Origin: Polyangiales bacterium
Lineage (GTDB): Bacteria; Myxococcota_A; Polyangia; Polyangiales; Polyangiaceae
NCBI GenBank assembly: GCA_038231275.1
Contig: JBBRLQ010000024.1
Location: 1-64,000, forward strand
Length of the DNA stretch: 64,000 bases
Direction of reading: 5' to 3'
Shown: positions 36,342-48,058 of the stretch, piece by piece
How the letters are laid out: each line of letters starts with the position of its first letter
How positions within the stretch are numbered: the first letter of the stretch is position 1
The notes under the pieces: generated by a model
Seen by the model: the letters and a program-made list of their open reading frames with translations, nothing else
Database searches by the model: none
Told to the model about the DNA's origin: nothing
Program-made: the position numbers and the translations under genes

Positions 36342-38362
36342 GCGATCTCCTCGTCCCCCGCTCCGACGTCGGTGAGTTCCGGAAACGGTACCGCTGGCTC
36401 GCCCTCTTCGCCTTCCTCGCGTTCCTTGCGATCGTGATTCGGCTGTTCCAGCTCCAGGTCGTGCACGGCCGCGACTTCGCCGAGACGGCGCTCGAGAACG
36501 TGATCCGGCGCGTCACGCTTCCCACCACACGCGGCATCATCCGCGACGCGCAGGGGAAGGTGCTCGCGTCGAGCCGCCCGTCCTACAACGTGTACCTCGT
36601 GCCCGGCCGCGTCCTCCCGAGCGCGCGGCCTCACAAGCGCGGCGCGCCGATCGCGCCGGAGCCGGACACGTACCCGCGTATCGCCGACACGCTGCGCTTG
36701 AACCCCGACGAGCGCTCGCGCCTCGCGCAGCGCATGGCCACGGCGTGCACGACCGACGAGGATCGCTCGCCGTGCTGGCGCCCCATCCTCGTGCGCGAGG
36801 ATCTGCCGCGCGACATCGTCGCCGAGCTGAAGCAGCACCAGACCGAGCTCGCCGGCGCCGAGGTCACGCCGAGCCCCGTTCGCTATTACCCGTACAAGAG
36901 CCTCGGCGCGCACCTCATCGGGTACACCGCCGAGATCGACGCCGAGGCGCTCGCGCGATTTCGTCCCCAGGGCTACGACGCGCTCAACGCGGACGGGCGC
37001 GCGAAGGCGAACCCGCTCGGCTACGAGAACGGCGACGTGCTCGGCGCGACCGGCGTGGAGCACGCGTGGGAGAGCTACCTCCGTGGGCAGCGCGGCTGGG
37101 AGAAGCGCGTGGTCGACGCGCGCGGCCGCTACCGCACCGGCCCGGAGGCCGATCGCCTGATCGAATCCCCCGCCCGCCAGGAGCCGATCCCCGGGCGCGA
37201 TTTGCGGCTCACCGTCGACATCGAGCTCACGCAAGCCGTAGAGAAGGCGATGCGCGTGCACCCGGCCGGCGCCGCGGTGGTCGTCGACGTCCGCACCGGC
37301 CGACTCCTCGCGCTCTACTCGAAGCCGGACTTCGATCCGAACGATCTTTCGGGCGGCGGCGGCCGCGAGCGCGTGCGGCAGTCGTGGGCGAAGCTCTCGA
37401 CCGATCCGCTTCATCCTCTCCTCGACAAGACGATCAGCGGCTCGTTCCAGCCCGGATCGACCTTCAAGCCGTTCAGCGCCCTCGCCGCGCTCGAGGATCG
37501 CGTGATCGATCCCGAGGAGACCGTGCGCTGCGACGGCGTCGTCTACTTCGGCCGCCAGCCATGGCACTGCACCCACGTGCACGGCAAGGTCGGCATGCAC
37601 GACGCGATCAGCGAGTCGTGCAACATCTACTTCGCCAAGGTCGCCGAGGCGGCCGGCATGGACCGCATCGCGAAGGTCGCGCAGGACTTCGGTTTCGGAA
37701 CCAAGACCGGCCTCGGCACCAACCCCGAAGCGCCGGGACGCATCACGACACGCTCGTGGTACGCGCTACGCTACCGTGGCCAGTTCCGCGTCGGCTTCAC
37801 GCTCAACACCGCCATCGGCCAGGGCGCAACGACGGTGACGCCGCTCCAGCTCGCCCTCGCCTACGCCGCGCTCGCCAACGGCGGGACCCTTTATTTACCG
37901 CAGATCGTGCGCGCCGTGGAGACGAGTGACGGTGGCGTCGTCCAGGATTTTCCGCCGCGCGTGCACCACAAGGTCACCATTCGCCCCGAGAACCTCTCGC
38001 GCGTGACCGAGGCGCTGTGGGGCGTCGTCAACGAGCCGAAGGGCACGGCGTTCGCGGTGCGTGACGCCGCGCTCGACGTCGCCGGCAAGACCGGCACCGC
38101 GCAGACCGGCTTCGTCGCGCACGAGGGGGACGATCCCAAGAAGGCCTGGTACGAGTCACGCGACCACGCGTGGTTCGCGGCGTACTCGCCCTCCAAGGAT
38201 CCCGAAATCGCCGTCGTCGTGCTGATCGAGCACGGCGGCTCCGGCCCCACGCAGGCCGCGCCGGTCGCGCTGCAGATCGTGCGGGAGTACGGCCGACTCG
38301 CCGCCGCGCGCGCCGGTCATCCCATCGAGCCGCAGAAGCGCGCCGCGAGCAGCAAGCCATGA
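36338..38362 (+). CDS. mrdA: Penicillin-binding protein 2
   Basis: PGSTFK (SxxK), SCN, KTGTAQ, DHAWF. Confidence 0.97.
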   Translation: MSDLLVPRSDVGEFRKRYRWLALFAFLAFLAIVIRLFQLQVVHGRDFAETALENVIRRVTLPTTRGIIRDAQGKVLASSRPSYNVYLVPGRVLPSARPHKRGAPIAPEPDTYPRIADTLRLNPDERSRLAQRMATACTTDEDRSPCWRPILVREDLPRDIVAELKQHQTELAGAEVTPSPVRYYPYKSLGAHLIGYTAEIDAEALARFRPQGYDALNADGRAKANPLGYENGDVLGATGVEHAWESYLRGQRGWEKRVVDARGRYRTGPEADRLIESPARQEPIPGRDLRLTVDIELTQAVEKAMRVHPAGAAVVVDVRTGRLLALYSKPDFDPNDLSGGGGRERVRQSWAKLSTDPLHPLLDKTISGSFQPGSTFKPFSALAALEDRVIDPEETVRCDGVVYFGRQPWHCTHVHGKVGMHDAISESCNIYFAKVAEAAGMDRIAKVAQDFGFGTKTGLGTNPEAPGRITTRSWYALRYRGQFRVGFTLNTAIGQGATTVTPLQLALAYAALANGGTLYLPQIVRAVETSDGGVVQDFPPRVHHKVTIRPENLSRVTEALWGVVNEPKGTAFAVRDAALDVAGKTGTAQTGFVAHEGDDPKKAWYESRDHAWFAAYSPSKDPEIAVVVLIEHGGSGPTQAAPVALQIVREYGRLAAARAGHPIEPQKRAASSKP

Positions 38363-39543
38363 GCACGTACGGCCTCTCTTCCGGACGCCTCCTCGGGCGG
38401 GCGCGCGACCACTTCGACTGGGCGCTCTTCCTGTGCGCCGCCCTCCTCGCCGTCGTCGGCGTCGTGAACCTCTACTCGGCGACCAGCGTAGTGCGCGCGT
38501 CGCTCGCCGAGATGTACATCCAGCAAATTTACTGGCTCGTCGTCGGCGGCATCCTCGCGACCGTCGTCGCCGCGATCGACTACCGACACTACGAGCGCTT
38601 CGGCTACGCCCTTTACGCGTTCGGCGTCGTGCTCTTGGTGCTCGTGTTCATCCTAGGACGGGATATCCGCGGCAGCTCGCGCTGGATCTACATCGGAAGC
38701 TTCAGCTTGCAGCCGAGCGAGTTCATGAAGCTCTTTTTGATCATCGCGCTCGCCAAGCACCTGCACGACGATCCGAAGAGCGAGGGGCGCACGCTGGTCG
38801 ATCTGATCGTGCCGATCCTGCTGACGATCGTGCCGCTCCTCCTCATCCTCCTCCAGCCCGATCTCGGGACCGCGCTCATCCTCGGGCTCATCTTCCTCAC
38901 GGTCTCCGCGCTGACGCGGCTCCAGCGAAAGAGCCTCTACTGGCTGCTGGGCGGCGGCCTGCTCGTCGGCGGCGGCGGCGGCGCGGTCATCTCGCCGATC
39001 ATCTGGCAAAATGTGCTGAAGGAGTACCAGCGCCAGCGCATCACGGCGTACCTGAACCCCGAGTCGAACATCCAAGGCATCAACTGGCACGCCCACAACG
39101 CGCGCGTCGCCATTGGCAACGGGGGCTGGACGGGGCAAGGGTTCATGCGCGGGACGCAGAACCAGTACCTCTTCTTGCCCGATCAGTACTCCGACTTCCC
39201 GTTCCCGGTCTTCGCGGAGGACTGGGGATTTTTCGGGAGCATCGTGCTCGTCGCGCTCTACGGGTTCTTGGTGCTCTGGTCGATCCGCGTCGCGGCGACG
39301 TCGAAGGATCGGTTCGGCGCCGTGCTGTCGATCGGCGTGGGCGCGCTCATCTTCTGGCACGCGTTCTTCAACCTTGGGATGGCGACGGGGCTACTCCCGG
39401 TCGTGGGCGTCACGCTCCCGCTCTTCTCGTACGGCGGCTCGAGCATCGTCACCGTCATGATGGGCATCGGCCTCCTGATGAACGTGTCGATGCGCCGCTT
39501 CTACGTGTCCCCGGGCCGCGCCTCGCGCCTCGGCGGCCTGTAG
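38359..39543 (+). CDS. rodA: Peptidoglycan glycosyltransferase RodA
   Basis: QPSEFMK, QPDLGTA, LPDQYSDF, LPLFSYGGSS; ATGA overlap with the mrdA stop. Confidence 0.97.
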   Translation: MSTYGLSSGRLLGRARDHFDWALFLCAALLAVVGVVNLYSATSVVRASLAEMYIQQIYWLVVGGILATVVAAIDYRHYERFGYALYAFGVVLLVLVFILGRDIRGSSRWIYIGSFSLQPSEFMKLFLIIALAKHLHDDPKSEGRTLVDLIVPILLTIVPLLLILLQPDLGTALILGLIFLTVSALTRLQRKSLYWLLGGGLLVGGGGGAVISPIIWQNVLKEYQRQRITAYLNPESNIQGINWHAHNARVAIGNGGWTGQGFMRGTQNQYLFLPDQYSDFPFPVFAEDWGFFGSIVLVALYGFLVLWSIRVAATSKDRFGAVLSIGVGALIFWHAFFNLGMATGLLPVVGVTLPLFSYGGSSIVTVMMGIGLLMNVSMRRFYVSPGRASRLGGL

Positions 39544-39613
39544 GTCCTGCACCCCTACCAGAGCGCGGAGCGCGGCCGTGCGGGGGTCAGCGCGGAGAAT
39601 TCGACGCCGCGAA

Positions 39614-39640
39614 TGCGACCTGTCGGACAGCTGGTTCGTA
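39614..39640 (+). promoter_or_regulatory. Candidate ECF promoter TGCGACC-N16-CGTA
   Basis: ECF-like -35/-10 (CGT core) spacing, 69 nt upstream of the DUF4331 operon. Confidence 0.4.
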
Positions 39641-39709
39641 GGTGACGTGCGGGTCAAGATCTCGGTACGCTTCCAAGCTCACCCGCTTCCCACAAACGAG
39701 AGAGGGCAC

Positions 39710-40423
39710 ATGAGACGCACCACACTTGGAATCGCAACGCTTCTGAGCTTGGCGGGAGGGGCGGCAATCGTCGGCTACACGACCGCCGCTCGCTCGGCCG
39801 ACCATCTCGACTCCCCGGCTGTCATCGCGGAACCCGCCGCCGACATCAACGACCAATACGCATGGATGGATGGGAACAATCTCGTCCTCGCCATGACCGT
39901 CTTTCCGGCGGCGACGGCGGGCGCCAAGTTCTCGGACAAGGTCCAGTACGTCTTCCACACGTCGAGCGGCGCCGCGTTCGGCACGACCACGGCCGACCTC
40001 GACATCATCTGCACCTTCAACGCCGCTCAGGTCGCTTCCTGTTGGGCTGGCACGGCCGAGTACGTGAAGGGGGATGCGAGCAACATCACGGGGCTCGCGA
40101 GCGCAGACGGCAAATTCAAGGTGTTCGCCGGCCTTCGCGCGGATCCGTTCTTCTTCAACGTGGACGGCTTCAAGCACACGGTCGCCACCGTCGAGTCGGT
40201 CGCGGGGACGCTGACCTTCGACACGGCGGGATGCCCGGCGCTCGACGCGCCAACCTCCGCGCTACTGCGCAGTCAGCTGCAGACCTCCGCGGACGGCGGT
40301 CCGGCGGTCGACTTCTTCGGGCCGCTCAACGGTCTCGCGATCGTCGTGTCGATCGACAAGTCGCTCGTCAACAAGGGCGGGCCGATCATGTCGGCTTGGA
40401 CCAGCACCAACCGGGCGCCGTGA
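39710..40423 (+). CDS. DUF4331 family secreted protein (N-terminal-type)
   Basis: Signal peptide then ADHLDSP...ADINDQYAW; VFAGLRADPFFFN. Confidence 0.88.
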   Translation: MRRTTLGIATLLSLAGGAAIVGYTTAARSADHLDSPAVIAEPAADINDQYAWMDGNNLVLAMTVFPAATAGAKFSDKVQYVFHTSSGAAFGTTTADLDIICTFNAAQVASCWAGTAEYVKGDASNITGLASADGKFKVFAGLRADPFFFNVDGFKHTVATVESVAGTLTFDTAGCPALDAPTSALLRSQLQTSADGGPAVDFFGPLNGLAIVVSIDKSLVNKGGPIMSAWTSTNRAP

Positions 40424-40438
40424 GGGAGGACTAAGAAA

Positions 40439-41182
40439 ATGAAAAAGATCCTCCTCGCCACGTTTGCTCTCACCGCCGCGTTCTCGGGCGTCATCGGACT
40501 CGTCGCCTGCGGTGGCGACGACACCTCGACCCCCGCCGCCGATGGCGGAAAGGACGTCACGACCACCGACAGCCCGGCGCCGCCGCCGCCGCCGCCGAAC
40601 CCGCCGCCTCCGCCCCCGGATGGTGGCGATGCCGGTCCCCCGCCGCCGCCCGCCCCGCCTGCGCTCGGCGCGCAGCTCGATCGCTTCGGTCGACCCGCGG
40701 TCAACACTGCGCTCAACCACACCTTCGATCCCGATACGAGCGACGGTGGAACCAAGGGGACGGCCAAGGACAAGTACAACGCGGACAAGGGAGCCGCGGG
40801 ATGGGTAGCGGCGTACCAGCCGCAGATGGCCGCGAACCTCGGCATCTACGACGCGCTCGACTCGGTGTGCGGCAATCAGCCGTTCGCGCAGAACGACGCC
40901 GGCGCCGATCGGTACAAGACGCTCTCCAGCGTCCTCGCCGACGACAGGCTCTGGGTCAACACCGGCTCGACCACGTGCACCCAGTACCTCGGCGTCGAGC
41001 TCAACGCGACCGGCGCGGTCCCCAACACCGACTGCGGTGGCCGCAAGCTGGCCTACGACGTCATCGACACGACGTACACGGTCGTCTCCGGCACGTTCCC
41101 GACGGCGTTCGGTGACACGATCGGCGCGAACGCGACGAAGACGGGCGGGGCGACGTTCCCGTACCTCTCCACTCCGCAGTGA
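40439..41182 (+). CDS. DUF4331 family lipoprotein (C-terminal-type)
   Basis: LVAC lipobox, Pro-rich linker, QLDRFGRPAVNTAL, GGRKLAYDVID, TFPYLSTP. Confidence 0.88.
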   Translation: MKKILLATFALTAAFSGVIGLVACGGDDTSTPAADGGKDVTTTDSPAPPPPPPNPPPPPPDGGDAGPPPPPAPPALGAQLDRFGRPAVNTALNHTFDPDTSDGGTKGTAKDKYNADKGAAGWVAAYQPQMAANLGIYDALDSVCGNQPFAQNDAGADRYKTLSSVLADDRLWVNTGSTTCTQYLGVELNATGAVPNTDCGGRKLAYDVIDTTYTVVSGTFPTAFGDTIGANATKTGGATFPYLSTPQ

Positions 41183-42444
41183 ATCTGCGTCGTGCAGCGG
41201 CATTCGCTGCCATCGCGTCCATCGCGATGGCAGCGAGCGCCGCGTGCGCGAGGAAGCCGCCGCCTCCGCCGGGCGACGCGCCGAGCGTCCCCTCCGCGTC
41301 CGCGCAGGCCGCAAGCGCGCCGCCTCCGCTCGTGCCGCCGAGCACGACGAGCCCCGAGATCGCGCTCAGCAACCTCGACGTCCAGATCACCGGTCGCGAA
41401 CAGGCGCTCGGCCGGCGCGAGGACGACGTCGACGCCGCGCGCACGCTCGTTCAGCTCTTGCTCGCGCGCGCAGAGTACGCGAGCCGCATCAAGGACATGG
41501 AGCACGCCGACCAGGTCGCCAAGGCGATCGCGAAGCGTAGACCCGAGTCCGCCGAGGCGCGCATCGCGTACGCGTCGACGCTCGCCGCATTCCACCTGTT
41601 CGCGCAGGCCGAGGCGGAGCTCGCCGAGGCCGAGAAGGCCGACTCGTTGACCCGCTCTCGCCCACTCGCCCGCGCCGTGCGCGACGCGAGGTCGACGATC
41701 CTCATGGCTCAGGGCCGATTCGACGACGCCGCAGCGCTGAGGCCGGAGGCCGCCGATCCGTCGCTAGGGCCGATGGAGCTCGCGACGCTCGCGACCCTCG
41801 CCGGCGAACGCGATCGCCCCGAGGAGGCGGAGCAGCTCTTCGATCGCGCGCGGGCAGCATACCGAGACGTGACGCCGTTTCCGGTGGCGTGGATCGACTT
41901 CCAGCGCGGCTCGTACCTAGAGAAGCGCGGCGACCGGATCCGCGCGAAGCAGTTCCTCGCAGAGGCCCACACGCTCCTGCCGTCCTACGCGCACCCCGTC
42001 GTTCATCTCGCGGCGCTCGACGCGGCGCAGGCGCTCGCGCTGCTCGAGCCGCTCCTTCGGACGTCGGACGACCCACAAGTCGACGCCGCATATGGCGACG
42101 CGCTGCGCCGGGCAGGAAGGACCGAGGAAGCCCGCACCGCGAACGATCGCGCGCGGCAGCGGTACGACGCGCTCGTCACGGCACATCCCGAAGCGTTCGC
42201 CGATCACGCGGCCGCGTTCTACCTCGATACCGTGCGCGACCCGACGCGCGCCCTCCCCCTGGCGAGGAGGAACGCGCAGCTGCGGCGCACGGAGCCGGCG
42301 CTCGACCTGCTCATTCTGGCCGCGCACGCCGCGGGAGCCAAGGACGAGGCCTGCGCAGCCGCGAGGGACGGCGCGGCGCTGAAGTACGCGTCGTCGGCGT
42401 TCCGCGCGACGGTCGCCGCCGTTCAAAAGAGCTGCCCACCATGA
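41179..42444 (+). CDS. TPR lipoprotein associated with the DUF4331 pair
   Basis: GTGA overlap with the upstream stop; AAC lipobox; helical repeats; HPEAFADHAA. Confidence 0.82.
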   Translation: MNLRRAAAFAAIASIAMAASAACARKPPPPPGDAPSVPSASAQAASAPPPLVPPSTTSPEIALSNLDVQITGREQALGRREDDVDAARTLVQLLLARAEYASRIKDMEHADQVAKAIAKRRPESAEARIAYASTLAAFHLFAQAEAELAEAEKADSLTRSRPLARAVRDARSTILMAQGRFDDAAALRPEAADPSLGPMELATLATLAGERDRPEEAEQLFDRARAAYRDVTPFPVAWIDFQRGSYLEKRGDRIRAKQFLAEAHTLLPSYAHPVVHLAALDAAQALALLEPLLRTSDDPQVDAAYGDALRRAGRTEEARTANDRARQRYDALVTAHPEAFADHAAAFYLDTVRDPTRALPLARRNAQLRRTEPALDLLILAAHAAGAKDEACAAARDGAALKYASSAFRATVAAVQKSCPP

Positions 42445-42591
42445 GCTGCGAGAGTCGTCGGGCGCGGGTGCACGACCGGTGTCGAGGTAGGAGAGTTCGC
42501 TACCATTTTCGCGAATTTCCGAGGTCTACGTTGCGTCTCTGCCTTGGGCCCGGGGGGAATTTTCCGATCTCGTGACGTAGGGTGTTGGGCC

Positions 42592-43059
42592 ATGCCGCGC
42601 CCTTCGCTGCTTATCGTTTCCGCGCTCGCCCTCACCGCCGGCCTCGGGATCTTCGCCTGCGCGCAAGGCGTGGCGGACCTCGGCACCGACGGCACCGGCA
42701 CCATCCAGCCCGACAGCGGAGACCTCGTCGACACCGGCGGCGGCAGCACTGCGGACCACACGACTCCTCCCCCCCCTCCGCCGCCACCCCCTCCGCAGGA
42801 CTCCGGGGCGTTGCCCGAGCAAGACTCCGCGCCGCCCGATGACGCCGCCGTTCAGGACGCGGGGCCTCCGCCCGACGCGGGGACGGTCAACAACGGCGAC
42901 TGCGACACGTCCGCTCAGTTCCTCTCGTTCGTGTACGGCGTCGAGTACGGCGCAGCGGTCGCCAGGGGCTCGCTCAAGCTGTGCCTCCCGGGAGCTGGCA
43001 GCTGCGCCGCCACCGAGTGCTGCTACACGCAGCTGCTCCCGGCCTGCATCGCGCGCTGA
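42592..43059 (+). CDS. Small Pro-rich/Cys-rich lipoprotein
   Basis: IFAC lipobox; poly-Pro linker; six C-terminal Cys. Confidence 0.75.
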   Translation: MPRPSLLIVSALALTAGLGIFACAQGVADLGTDGTGTIQPDSGDLVDTGGGSTADHTTPPPPPPPPPPQDSGALPEQDSAPPDDAAVQDAGPPPDAGTVNNGDCDTSAQFLSFVYGVEYGAAVARGSLKLCLPGAGSCAATECCYTQLLPACIAR

Positions 43060-43062
43060 CGG

Positions 43063-43125
43063 CGTCGTTCGTTTACAGGCACGAACGACGAAGGCCGCCG
43101 GAGCATCACGCTCGCGGCGGCCTTT
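43063..43125. terminator. Tandem hairpins between convergent genes (probable bidirectional terminator)
   Basis: CGTCGTTCGT-N8-ACGAACGACG, then AAGGCCGCC...GGCGGCCTTT. Confidence 0.65.
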
Positions 43126-43144
43126 GCCCGTCCAGGTCGCGCGT

Positions 43145-45643
<2,499 letters not shown>

Positions 45644-45899
45644 GATCTGTGGACCTCTCCGAGAAGGACGACTGGTTCGCCCGTGATCTCGAGGGGTTGG
45701 CCGTCTGCCCGGGCCAGAAAACGGGTTTCCGGGCAGGACGCTTCAGCACGCCTCGCTTCGTTGCCCCTTGCGGGCGGCCAACGAAGTGGCGGGCTCATAC
45801 CAAGGATTCGGGCCAAAGTAAACCTGACGCGCCGCGCAAACCTCGCCCGCCGAGGGCGCTCCGAAGGCCGGGATCTCCGTGCTACAAAGTCGCCCCCTG

Positions 45900-46748
45900 A
45901 TGGCCACCGACCAGGTCCTTCGCGCGATCACCGACGACGGCGCCTTCCGCGTGATCACCATCCGCGCGACCGAGACCGTCCGCAGCGCGATTGCTGCGCA
46001 GAAGGCCGAGGGCGAGATCGCGCACCTGCTGGCCGATCTGCTCACCGGATCGATCCTCGTTCGCCAGAGCATGGCGCCCGACCTGCGCGTGCAGCTCATT
46101 CTGCAGCCCAACGCGAAGATGCGCCTCGTCGCCGACTCGCACCCGCACGGGATCTCGCGCGGCCTCCTACAGATTGCGCCGGGTGCGGATCTCCAGTTTG
46201 GCGCGACGAGCCTGCTCCAGGTCGCGCGGACGCTCCACAACGGCGCGCTCCAGCAAGGCGTCGTGCAGGTCACCGAGGAGGGCGGCGTGTCGGCGGCGCT
46301 GATGCGCTACATGCAGCTCTCCGAGCAGGTCGTCTCGATGATCGCCGTGGGCTGCCACCGAAGCCCGTCGGGCGAGATCCTCGAGGCGGCGGGCTACCTC
46401 GTGCAGCTCCTCCCCGAGGTCGTCCAGGGGCCGCTGATGGTGATGACCGAGCGGCTGAAAGACTTCGAGGACATCGTGCCGCTCATCGCCGCCGGCAAGG
46501 CCGAGCCCTCCGTCCTCATGCAGGAGCTCCTCTACGGCATGGAGTACACGATCGTCGGGCAGGACGCGGTCTCCTTCGGGTGCACGTGCGACGAGACGCG
46601 CCTGGCCGCGACGCTCGCGACGCTCCCGAAAGAGGACATCGAGTCGATGATCGTCGACGGCCGCGTCATCGATGCGTCGTGCGACTACTGCGGGCGCACT
46701 TACCAGTTCGCGCCGGAGCGCCTACGCGGCCTGCTCGCGCGAAGCTGA
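45900..46748 (+). CDS. hslO: Hsp33 redox-regulated chaperone
   Basis: DQVLRAI; GYLVQLLP; C-terminal CTC...CDYC zinc centre. Confidence 0.93.
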   Translation: MATDQVLRAITDDGAFRVITIRATETVRSAIAAQKAEGEIAHLLADLLTGSILVRQSMAPDLRVQLILQPNAKMRLVADSHPHGISRGLLQIAPGADLQFGATSLLQVARTLHNGALQQGVVQVTEEGGVSAALMRYMQLSEQVVSMIAVGCHRSPSGEILEAAGYLVQLLPEVVQGPLMVMTERLKDFEDIVPLIAAGKAEPSVLMQELLYGMEYTIVGQDAVSFGCTCDETRLAATLATLPKEDIESMIVDGRVIDASCDYCGRTYQFAPERLRGLLARS

Positions 46749-46764
46749 CAGGCATCGCGTCGTC

Positions 46765-48054
46765 TCAAGGATAGGTGCCAATGAGGATCGGCATCGCGTG
46801 CTCGGGGAGGCCTGGGGCTTTCGAGGTCACGGTGACGAGGACCCCGTTGCCGTCTCCGGCGGCCTTTGCGTTCGCGGTGATCGTGATCTGCCCCACGTCG
46901 CCGTTCTTGCCGGTGCCCTGATCGACGGCAATGGTGAGGCGCTGGTTCGTCGCGAGCGAGAACCAGTTTCCTTCGACAGCAGAGATCGTCCACGGCCCGC
47001 TGGTCGGCTTGTCGCTGAAGAACCCGAGCTTGATCGTCTTGCTCGTGCCGAGCGGCACCTGGTAGCCGTACCCCGTCGTCGACGCGACGGCTGCACCGAG
47101 GAAGACGGTCACGTTCTCGAGCCCCAGCGGCGCGACGTTGTAATACGGGTCGGCCGGCGCGGGCACGCATGGGTCGAGCCCAGCCGCCGCGCTCTTGTTC
47201 GACCAGAGGCGCTGGAGGTTGTAGGGCAGATCGGCGCCGCCCTTGAAGTCGACGCCCGGATAAAGCTCGCAGATGTCGCCGATCTCGTTGTCCTGGCTGA
47301 CGGCCTGCCACGCGATGTGCGTCGCGTCGAAGGCGCCGTAGGCCGGATCTGTCGACAGGTACGGGTTCGTCGCCGCCTCGGCAATTTCGTGGCCGGCGGC
47401 GGCTGTCGCGAAATCGAGCTCGGACTGTCCCGCGTCGTGCCCCCCTTCGTCGACGAGGACGTACGCCACGTGCGAGCTGCCCACCGTGAGCTCGGAGTGC
47501 TTCGTGGTGCTCGGGCTCATCTTCGCGGAGCTGGGGATATAGACGACGTAAATGGACGACGCGGCGGGCACCGGCCAGCCGCTGGGTGCGCCGCCATCGG
47601 TCGGCGCCGCCGCAGCGAGCTGCGTGCGAAGGTAGTCGGAGATCGCGAGCGGATCTGGCCCAGGCGGTTTGCCCGTGACGTGCAGGTGAGTCGCCGCGCC
47701 GCTCGTTCCCGTCCCTATGCCGTACTCGGCGGTCGTCGCCTTCCAGTACGCCGACGTCGTGAGCTTGTCGCCAAAGTCCTCGAGGCCCGCGCGGTTCGTA
47801 TCGCCGTCCCACGTCACCGTGATGATCTTCGGCGCTGCGATGCGGGTGCCGCCGGCGGTCGTGATTTGGCCCATGTCGGGCTTGAACGCCGGCGTGAACG
47901 CGCCGCCTTCGCCCGACCCGCCGTCGGCTGGGGTGAGCGCGTCGCCACCGCCGTCGTGCGCGGGCGTGTCGGCGCTGCCCTTCGAGCTGCACGCCGCCGC
48001 GAGCGCGAGGAGGACGGGGAATGAAAGAGTGTGCAGCCGGCGTCGAGTGTCCAT
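46765..48054 (-). CDS. Hypothetical lipoprotein with HExxExxTxP / EIGDxC motifs (PHI-1/EXORDIUM-like)
   Basis: AAAC lipobox; IYVVY; GHEIAEAATNP; NEIGDICE; LQRLWSN...C. Family assignment is inference. Confidence 0.7.
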   Translation of the reverse strand: MDTRRRLHTLSFPVLLALAAACSSKGSADTPAHDGGGDALTPADGGSGEGGAFTPAFKPDMGQITTAGGTRIAAPKIITVTWDGDTNRAGLEDFGDKLTTSAYWKATTAEYGIGTGTSGAATHLHVTGKPPGPDPLAISDYLRTQLAAAAPTDGGAPSGWPVPAASSIYVVYIPSSAKMSPSTTKHSELTVGSSHVAYVLVDEGGHDAGQSELDFATAAAGHEIAEAATNPYLSTDPAYGAFDATHIAWQAVSQDNEIGDICELYPGVDFKGGADLPYNLQRLWSNKSAAAGLDPCVPAPADPYYNVAPLGLENVTVFLGAAVASTTGYGYQVPLGTSKTIKLGFFSDKPTSGPWTISAVEGNWFSLATNQRLTIAVDQGTGKNGDVGQITITANAKAAGDGNGVLVTVTSKAPGLPEHAMPILIGTYP

Positions 48055-48058
48055 CGGA

